Source of the DNA: an uncultured virus (IMG/VR IMGVR_UViG_3300032167_000055)
Lineage: Duplodnaviria; Heunggongvirae; Uroviricota; Caudoviricetes
Strand: one strand, 5' to 3'
Length of the DNA stretch: 64,000 nt
IMG/VR virus record: IMGVR_UViG_3300032167_000055
Shown here: positions 56,813 to 64,000 of the stretch, piece after piece
How the letters are laid out: every line of letters starts with the position of its first letter
Numbering within the stretch: the first letter of the stretch is position 1
Translations under genes and position numbers: made by a program
The notes under the pieces: generated by a model
Databases searched by the model: none
Seen by the model: the letters and a program-made list of their open reading frames with translations, nothing else
What the model was told of the DNA's origin: nothing

Positions 56813-58300
56813 ATGTTTATTAACAACAATTTTAACCCCGTAAGTTATGCTATTGCAAATAATGTAATCGGAAAGGCAATGGCAGTTGCAAGTAATTCTG
56901 CTCAAAGAATAATTGGTCCTCTTAAGGCAAGTTTGATGGAATATGTAGATAAGAATATCTGCAGTTATTTCAATATTTCCGGGCATTATGACTCTTATAT
57001 TTCTAAGAGTTGCGTATCTATTTTGGACGGTAAGTATTTGTCCAAGAAGTACGGTAGTACTCTTATAGATGTAGATCCTTCATTTGCTTTATGTTCCGCA
57101 TCTATTGAAAGAGTAAAGAAGAAAGTTACTTGTTTTCCCGAACTTGTTAACAAGACAATTGCTCCTGGCATCTATACTTTGATGATGGATAAAGAAGGAA
57201 CAAGAATGATCGTTCTTAAAGAGCCCATTTTATCTAAGGATGACCGTTCTGATAATGGAATCTTAAGTTCGGTGGTTCATTTTAGTACTAGCATTTTCTT
57301 TATTGGACCTAACCGCCAGAAATGGTTTACAAAAGTAAGAAGAGAGATTGATGACCTTGTATCAGCGATCAGTAAAACAAATCAGGATAATAATCGTATC
57401 CGTTACAACAGCTTGTCATCTAATGGAGAAGAAGCAAAAGATCTTCAGGTTAGACCTATGAGTATGCTCACATTCCCTGCGAAGGATTCTTTACTTAAAG
57501 AGATTAATGACTTTAAGAGAAAGGAAAGTATCTACAAAGAATATGCTGTACCTTACAGAAAGGGATTCTTACTCTCAGGAAAACCAGGTACAGGAAAAAC
57601 AGCATTTGCATTCTCCCTTCCTCAGTATTATGAGATGGAATGCGTGAGTGTCAATCTCGATGTATTTGATAAACAGAATGGTGACAATGCATTCGGAATG
57701 CCGAATACTATTTATATCATTGACGAGATCGATTCTCAGATTGTGAATAGACAAACATCCAGTCATGAAGAAGTTCAGAATCAGAATACAACATCAAGAC
57801 GTCTTCTTCATCTTCTTAAGGCTATGGACTCTATGGGTCATGGATCTTTGGTTGTTGCGACAACTAATTATCCTGAAAGACTCGATCCTGCTCTTAGAAG
57901 ATCTGGTCGTTTTGATGTTTGGGTAGAGATGGATGATCTCTCTGAAGAATTTGCAATTGAAATGTGTAAGAATCGTGGTTGTGATCCGGATAAGATTCTT
58001 AAGGGTAAAACATTTCCTATTAATCCAGCGCAACTTGAACAGGATATTATCAGAGCTATTTTGGTTGATAATAGAATTGGTAATCAGAATAAGCAGGCAA
58101 GTTTCGAAGAGCTTGATCTTAATGAAGAAGCACCTGGAAGTAATATCGAAACTATTGCAGAAGATACAGCAGGAATGAAAATTGAAGATGATGACGATGA
58201 TGAAATACCTGCACCTGTAAAATTTAGTTGCGTCGGTGGTGGGGCTGTGTTTAAGAATACGGATGAATACGACGACGATGATGACGATGATGAAGATTAA
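56813..58300 (+). CDS. BCS1-like AAA+ ATPase, 495 aa
   Basis: PYRKGFLLSGKPGTGKT, IIDEID, LLKAMD, ATTNYPERLDPALRRSGRFD; acidic tail. Confidence 0.88.
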   Translation: MFINNNFNPVSYAIANNVIGKAMAVASNSAQRIIGPLKASLMEYVDKNICSYFNISGHYDSYISKSCVSILDGKYLSKKYGSTLIDVDPSFALCSASIERVKKKVTCFPELVNKTIAPGIYTLMMDKEGTRMIVLKEPILSKDDRSDNGILSSVVHFSTSIFFIGPNRQKWFTKVRREIDDLVSAISKTNQDNNRIRYNSLSSNGEEAKDLQVRPMSMLTFPAKDSLLKEINDFKRKESIYKEYAVPYRKGFLLSGKPGTGKTAFAFSLPQYYEMECVSVNLDVFDKQNGDNAFGMPNTIYIIDEIDSQIVNRQTSSHEEVQNQNTTSRRLLHLLKAMDSMGHGSLVVATTNYPERLDPALRRSGRFDVWVEMDDLSEEFAIEMCKNRGCDPDKILKGKTFPINPAQLEQDIIRAILVDNRIGNQNKQASFEELDLNEEAPGSNIETIAEDTAGMKIEDDDDDEIPAPVKFSCVGGGAVFKNTDEYDDDDDDDED

Positions 58301-58359
58301 TAAAATTTCCCCTAGTGCCTTTTGGTACTAGGGGTTCTTTTTTAAGAAAGGAAAATACC

Positions 58360-59355
58360 ATGAATACTTTAAATTTATTTAAATGGTTGGTAACCAAAAA
58401 GACTCATGTTATTAGCACTGATGGGAAAAACTTTTTGGATGAGTTAGAAGGTAAACCTGCTAGAATACTTGTATGTTTATCTGAAAATTTAGCTAATGAT
58501 TCATTCGTTGGTACTTTTATTAGTTCATATCAAAAGGAGTTTCCTAATAAGTTATTTACAGTTTTACATGAGGGGAAAGCAAATGATGAAGCATTTGTCG
58601 TTGATACGATATTTAATGTAAACTATAGACGCGTCGATGAAGAAACTGTTGCAGTTGAATTCTTTGACACTTTTACTGAGTTTTTAAGCACTACGGTAGA
58701 GCATTGGATTTATCCTAATATTTTAAATAATCAAGTTTTATTTTGTTTCACAAAGTTGTCACCGTACAATATAAATCCGTATTTAATGCGTAATTTATTT
58801 ACGCATATAATTGTAGATCCTGACCTTAAAGAGGATCACCACCCTTCGATAGCATCTTCTTTCATATCACTAGGATTAGATGCTAAAATTATCAATAAGG
58901 TCCAAAATATGGTATGCGATGAATTATTAAGAAATCCTATTCAGGATGCGCTTACGTTATCATCAGTATTTGCTAATGATCATGCGGTGTTATCAAAGGA
59001 CATGGATTATAGACTTGATGAATTTTTGTATGACATGGTTGCTTATTGTAAATATGAGAAGTCTATTCTCAAATCACCGCTTGTTAAAATTACTCCTAAT
59101 TTAACGTATTCGATGAAATCTGCTTGTTCGATATTACCTCTAGAGATTTTATGTTTAGGTACTTATCATTATACGAATAGTCCTAACTCTGAATATGCAA
59201 AAACTAAGACGTCTCTTGCTATAGATTATAATCCGGAAAGATTAGTTCATGATACAATAAAGTCTCTTTTGATTTCTATTTGTAGGGATGAAGTCGAAAC
59301 TGATGAAGACATTGAATATGTAATTAATAAAATATTTGAAATTGCAAAGAAATGA
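58360..59355 (+). CDS. Hypothetical protein, 331 aa
   Basis: SD GAAAGGA, after a hairpin at 58309-58343. Confidence 0.75.
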   Translation: MNTLNLFKWLVTKKTHVISTDGKNFLDELEGKPARILVCLSENLANDSFVGTFISSYQKEFPNKLFTVLHEGKANDEAFVVDTIFNVNYRRVDEETVAVEFFDTFTEFLSTTVEHWIYPNILNNQVLFCFTKLSPYNINPYLMRNLFTHIIVDPDLKEDHHPSIASSFISLGLDAKIINKVQNMVCDELLRNPIQDALTLSSVFANDHAVLSKDMDYRLDEFLYDMVAYCKYEKSILKSPLVKITPNLTYSMKSACSILPLEILCLGTYHYTNSPNSEYAKTKTSLAIDYNPERLVHDTIKSLLISICRDEVETDEDIEYVINKIFEIAKK

Positions 59356-59364
59356 GGTGATTAA

Positions 59365-59955
59365 ATGAATACCGGAACTGCATTCTTCGATGAAGCTGAA
59401 CAACTTTTAAAATCAATTAAATCCTCGTTCGAACAGGGTATGATCGAAAGAGATCTTGCTTTATCAATAATTGTAAATCATGACCCTGAAAAGTTCAGTA
59501 AATGCCGCAAAATAAATTATGTTGAAGATGAATATATCTATGATATTATTGATGGTAGTAAGTATTTTTATCTCATATATAAATCTGAAAAGATTCTTGC
59601 TCGAATTAGAATAACAGGAGAACTCTATCATGATTTCGGGTGTGAAGAGTGTATTTGTAAGAGCACAGATCATTTTGATTCTGTTCCAACACCTGTTATT
59701 TTAACAGATTTAATTCAGAGTTATAATGAGAGGAAACTTTATACAGATGCTTCTCAGTTACCTACTCTTGAAGAGTATTTTAAGGATCAGTTTTATAAGC
59801 AGCATTTTAATGCTATTATCAGCGATATTAAAACCATCGATGATTACGTGTTTGATAATAATTCTGATCATGAAGATCTTAGAGAACGATACTATGAAAT
59901 AATAGGTGATCTTAAGAACTTGAAATATCATATTGATCATTTGAAATCAAAATAA
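59365..59955 (+). CDS. Hypothetical protein, 196 aa
   Basis: SD GAGGTG. Confidence 0.75.
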   Translation: MNTGTAFFDEAEQLLKSIKSSFEQGMIERDLALSIIVNHDPEKFSKCRKINYVEDEYIYDIIDGSKYFYLIYKSEKILARIRITGELYHDFGCEECICKSTDHFDSVPTPVILTDLIQSYNERKLYTDASQLPTLEEYFKDQFYKQHFNAIISDIKTIDDYVFDNNSDHEDLRERYYEIIGDLKNLKYHIDHLKSK

Positions 59956-59972
59956 GAAAGAAGGAAAATACC

Positions 59973-60683
59973 ATGAGTGAAACAAAGAAAGAGAAACTTG
60001 AATATATTTTGGGTAAGAAAAGATTCAATAATCTAAAACACGACAGTGATTCGTTGGTTGATAAAATCAGCGATGATCTTCTTGATATCATTTATGATAG
60101 ATTTAAGAATAAAGATAAGAAGATTAAAACCCTGAAAAAAGAGAATGACCGGTACAGTGATATGCGGTTATGTACAAAGAAGGGCGGATGTAAACATGCG
60201 ATCGGTGAAATAACTCCGTCAGTTAAAGAGAACAACAAGTTCGATATCATAAGTACAAACGCTTTTAACAGAGTTATGAGAGCACATTTCATCATTGTTG
60301 AGAAAAGAAAAGATTCTAAATATTCCATAAGGCAAGATATGATTCTATTTTCAATCAATGCAACAAGTGGTGAAAAAGCTGCATTTGAACTTGCTAAAAC
60401 TTTCGGTATGAGTAAGAAGACATTTATAGCTCATCAGAAATATATTGAAGAAGGATTTATTCCTCATATGGTTTCATCTATAGTATCTATATGTGATGAT
60501 CTTACTGCAGATTTAAAGGTTTCTGAACTTATAAAGACATCCAATATTATGTATCTTTGTGATGAATATCTTGAAACAATAACAGGATGTGCATTAACTG
60601 AGAGTGCAATGGGAACAGTTATTAATCATATGCTAGATCTTTATAACAAGCATAAGAATAAAACCGAAACAGAGACTAAATAA
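59973..60683 (+). CDS. Hypothetical protein, 236 aa
   Basis: SD AAGGA; terminator at 60697-60742. Confidence 0.75.
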   Translation: MSETKKEKLEYILGKKRFNNLKHDSDSLVDKISDDLLDIIYDRFKNKDKKIKTLKKENDRYSDMRLCTKKGGCKHAIGEITPSVKENNKFDIISTNAFNRVMRAHFIIVEKRKDSKYSIRQDMILFSINATSGEKAAFELAKTFGMSKKTFIAHQKYIEEGFIPHMVSSIVSICDDLTADLKVSELIKTSNIMYLCDEYLETITGCALTESAMGTVINHMLDLYNKHKNKTETETK

Positions 60684-60752
60684 TGTCTGATTTTTGAAGA
60701 ACACCATGATAAATCAAATAGAATTTCATGGTGTTCTTTTTTATGAAAGGAA

Positions 60753-61196
60753 GTGTTAATAATGAAACGATTGATTAATAAACTTTTTTCTTTTTTGCAT
60801 TGGTTACGTTGCATGGTGCTAGAATTGGTTGGTAAGAACGAACAACCGAACCCACCTGCTAAAATTACTTATATAACTACTGAAGTACGTCTTGCTATGG
60901 AGGATATTGAATCCCAGTTTACAGGTGTAATGACTGTTAGTAAAGATATATTAGCTTCAAGGTATTTAAGTAAAGAAGAATATTCAGTGAAAGACGTTGC
61001 GGAAATTTTTAATGTATCCGAAACAACGATTAGACGTAGACAAAAAATGCTAAAACATCGTCTGAATATTGTTTACACCTTACTTAATGAGAGAGTAACT
61101 GGATACACACCGGAAATGCTTTTAGATGTGTTAGAAGAGTATTATGGACCGAAATTCATATTTGATGAAAACGGTGAAGTTGATATCATCGTTTAA
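60753..61196 (+). CDS. Helix-turn-helix protein (sigma region-4/RinA-like), ~144 aa
   Basis: ILASRYL...YSVKDVAEIFNVSETTIRRRQK. Confidence 0.65.
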   Translation: MLIMKRLINKLFSFLHWLRCMVLELVGKNEQPNPPAKITYITTEVRLAMEDIESQFTGVMTVSKDILASRYLSKEEYSVKDVAEIFNVSETTIRRRQKMLKHRLNIVYTLLNERVTGYTPEMLLDVLEEYYGPKFIFDENGEVDIIV

Positions 61197-61201
61197 AAAT
61201 T

Positions 61202-61237
61202 ATCCCTAGTGACAATTAGTCACTAGGGATTTCTTTT
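61202..61237. terminator. Bidirectional terminator
   Basis: ATCCCTAGTGAC/GTCACTAGGGAT between convergent genes. Confidence 0.85.
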
Positions 61238-63932
61238 ATGTTGTTGCAGGTTCAGGATTTTCACCTGTTCCTTCTTCCTTAGGAGTTTCGTCCTCTACAG
61301 GCTTAACGTTCTTAGGAAGCAGTGCTCTAATAGCAAACATATAATGCTGAGCACGATTTCTGAATGCAGTAAGAACTGCACCTGTGAATACAAGAACTTC
61401 TCTTGAAATTGCTTGTAAAGCTTTAGACTGTTCATCAGTAAGTTCTTCGTTCTTAAGAGAATTAATCTTACTTGTAACAGAATTCTTTAATGACGATATG
61501 TCATTTTCAACGTTCTTATATCCGTTATTTAAATAATAATCTTCACAGAAGTCTATCATTTCAATGGTTTTTACTTTAAGTTCGGAATTACTGATTGCAA
61601 TCTTCTTAACCTCTTTTTGATTTGCACCTACCTTGTAGTACAGGCGAATGTAATCATCAAGAGTCATGTCAGAAGGAACTTTAAGGAAACCAAACATCTT
61701 TTCCTGAATAACTTCAGGTTTAGCATATTCTGCCAGATCCTTAATACTAATCTGGGAAACAAATGCAGAAACCTTGCCAATATCATCAAGAATTGTCTGT
61801 GACTTCAAATTGAAGTAATTGTAAATATTCAAAGTTAAACCGTTATAACTGCGATTTAAAATAGGATCCTTATAGTTCTTAAGGAAATCCGTATTATTCT
61901 GTAACTGCGCAGTAATACCCTTAATGAAGTCAGGAAGAATCTTGTTAAAATACCCATTAATTTTATCAATGAGTTCTTTAATCCTTTCAGAAAGTTTCTT
62001 TTTCTTTTCAGGATCTTCTTTCTTATCTTCATTTTTAGCCTCCTGTGCAGCTTCAGCATTCTGCTGTTTGTCAGCGTCGGATTGCTTAGAAGTATCTTCA
62101 GTAAGTTCAGGAGATGCTCCTTCCTTTTTATTAGGATCTGTGGTTTGATTAGGTTTAGCAGGTTCTTCTGCCTCCAAAACAAGTCCATATTCTTTAGCAA
62201 ACTTAGCATTGCGGAATTTAATCATCTCTCCTTCAATAAATAAACGAGAGAAAACTTCATCCATTTCAATACAAGCCTCAACTGCAAGAATATTGTAACT
62301 TGATCCTGAAGGAACGTTATCCGTTACATCGATAACTTCATCCATGTTTTCAACCAAAACCAAAACCTCATCTTCCAGAGATTTTCCTCTCTGAATGATA
62401 TTTTGAATAACAACACCGAGGAAGTTTCTGTAATCTTTCTCGAAATCATTGACAAGTTTAATCATTTCCATACGAACTAATTCGTTAGGGATTACATTAT
62501 CCATGTTATTTTCAAGATACTTAATAGTTTCCTCGATCTCGTCATATACATCTTTAATCTCTTCACCCAATTCAATCATATTTTTTTCAGAAGCTCTCAT
62601 TTCAGCAAGAATAGAAAACAATACATCTGTCTTTGATTTTCCTGCATTTAAAGCATCAAAATATCTAGAGATATTATTGATTTCTGAAATCATCATAGAG
62701 AAGCGAGCTGTTAAAGATTCACCAATACCTGCAGCATTCATAATTGCTTCAGGAGATGCATATTGATCTTTTACTGCAACAACGATTCTTTCAAGACCGG
62801 ATTCAATCTTATCAAGAGTATCGAAAAGGTCTCCATAAGGATAATTGTCGTCATTGTACTGATCCATAATGAAATCAATAGAGGTCTGTTTAGCAGATCT
62901 ACTGTTTTCATATGTACTTTTAGCTTTATCATAAGTTCTTCTAGACCAATCAATTAAGGAACTCGCGTCACCATGAATGATATGGTTTACTGTAGTATCA
63001 ATATCAGCTGCTGCTAATGAATACTCAAAAACTGATTCATGATATACATTACTTCCCTCCGGATTGTACTTAAGAACTTTTCTGTATAACTCCATATAGG
63101 AATTTACGTTAAATGTGTAGGTATCAATCTTAGTAATAAGAGTAAATACCAAATAGGTGATGAGTTCATCCATAAGTCTGTTCTGATTAAACAGATAATA
63201 GTTTAACGTATTAACAACTTCACCACTAATCTGCCCTTTATCTTTAAGAGCTACAGCAGTATCCGTATATGATCTCATTAAACCGACTGAAGTATTAATT
63301 GCAACTTTAACAGCAGCAATCTCTTCCTGAAGTTCTCTCTTCTTTACAGGGAAAGAACGAAGGAATGGAATACATAAAGTCATAATAGCCTGAGAATCCA
63401 TAGGGACGATATTAGGTCTTTCCTGAGACTTAATATATCCTTTAATATCAGTTACAGGCTTTGTTGAAACGACAAGCTGTCTCTTGATCTTAGAAGTCAT
63501 ATCAGGAGTAAATGTTGTCATCAAATCTCTCATCGAAACTTTACTGTTTACGATATTATTAATTTCAGATGCCGCAGATTTTGCAATCTGAGTTAAATAC
63601 TCAGGTTTCAATCTTCCAATTTCATTCACATTCTTAAGAGGTGTAGAAAGAGGAATTTCATCCAACTCTTCAGTATGCTGAATCTTTGTAAAGAATTCAG
63701 CCATTTGGTCAGCGTCAACTGCAATATCAGATAATACTGCAAATGCATCATCAATCTTTTTGATATATTTATCACTTACGTTGTTGATTACCGGAACTAA
63801 TACTTTAGAAGCATCAGGATTACCCATAGCATTTTCAACAAGTAATTTTGCACATTGTACATCATAGTTAGTTACATTATCAGAAGATTCCATAATCAAA
63901 CCATGCTGTACTGAAAGAATAGATTCAAACAT
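61236..63932 (-). CDS. Large helical probable internal head protein, ~898 aa
   Basis: MFES, IMES, YHES, AVEA, VLEA sites; ATG at 63932 with SD GGAG (track start TTG at 63947). Confidence 0.6.
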   Translation of the reverse strand: MFESILSVQHGLIMESSDNVTNYDVQCAKLLVENAMGNPDASKVLVPVINNVSDKYIKKIDDAFAVLSDIAVDADQMAEFFTKIQHTEELDEIPLSTPLKNVNEIGRLKPEYLTQIAKSAASEINNIVNSKVSMRDLMTTFTPDMTSKIKRQLVVSTKPVTDIKGYIKSQERPNIVPMDSQAIMTLCIPFLRSFPVKKRELQEEIAAVKVAINTSVGLMRSYTDTAVALKDKGQISGEVVNTLNYYLFNQNRLMDELITYLVFTLITKIDTYTFNVNSYMELYRKVLKYNPEGSNVYHESVFEYSLAAADIDTTVNHIIHGDASSLIDWSRRTYDKAKSTYENSRSAKQTSIDFIMDQYNDDNYPYGDLFDTLDKIESGLERIVVAVKDQYASPEAIMNAAGIGESLTARFSMMISEINNISRYFDALNAGKSKTDVLFSILAEMRASEKNMIELGEEIKDVYDEIEETIKYLENNMDNVIPNELVRMEMIKLVNDFEKDYRNFLGVVIQNIIQRGKSLEDEVLVLVENMDEVIDVTDNVPSGSSYNILAVEACIEMDEVFSRLFIEGEMIKFRNAKFAKEYGLVLEAEEPAKPNQTTDPNKKEGASPELTEDTSKQSDADKQQNAEAAQEAKNEDKKEDPEKKKKLSERIKELIDKINGYFNKILPDFIKGITAQLQNNTDFLKNYKDPILNRSYNGLTLNIYNYFNLKSQTILDDIGKVSAFVSQISIKDLAEYAKPEVIQEKMFGFLKVPSDMTLDDYIRLYYKVGANQKEVKKIAISNSELKVKTIEMIDFCEDYYLNNGYKNVENDISSLKNSVTSKINSLKNEELTDEQSKALQAISREVLVFTGAVLTAFRNRAQHYMFAIRALLPKNVKPVEDETPKEEGTGENPEPATT

Positions 63933-64000
63933 AATATTATTCTCCAATCTTTTAGATTTGCTTATGGTTTAAACACCACATTCGGATTCAACTTTTTTAG

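Noticed and set aside
1..64000. Stop-codon reassignment, tRNA genes, IS elements
   Set aside because: Conserved genes are full length in code 11, and the breaks are explained by introns or one indel. No cloverleaf or transposase motif was seen by eye; tRNAscan was not run.
63962..64000. End of an upstream minus-strand gene
   Set aside because: Too short to decide the frame or product.

Overview
This AT-rich window is a segment of a jumbo bacteriophage genome of the AR9/PBS1 type (phiKZ-like transcription system), read in the standard code. Strong Shine-Dalgarno sites and an NrdG gene suggest an anaerobic Firmicutes host (inference). It encodes three subunits of a split multisubunit RNA polymerase: beta-N, beta'-N (with NADFDGD) and beta'-C. 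It also encodes an NAD-dependent DNA ligase, DnaB-like and SF2 helicases, a prohead protease, the probable major capsid protein, several head proteins with protease-site motifs, a tail fibre, two holin-like proteins, NrdG, two MazG-like proteins and a BCS1-like AAA+ ATPase. The beta-N gene is split by two sister group I introns around an 80-nt micro-exon. One intron carries an HNH endonuclease and has a non-canonical C-G 5' splice-site pair; the other carries a 103-aa ORF with no nuclease motif. Two phage promoter classes recur: early TATATTAT and late AACA-N6-TA/G, the latter matching the AR9 late consensus. The most novel-looking items are: (1) a stand-alone, catalytically degenerate RNAP beta' double-psi barrel gene (GLDAFGD for NADFDGD) directly behind beta'-N; (2) the intron pair; (3) several promoter-to-terminator structured non-coding RNA candidates. 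All family assignments come from motif recognition by eye; no database search was run.
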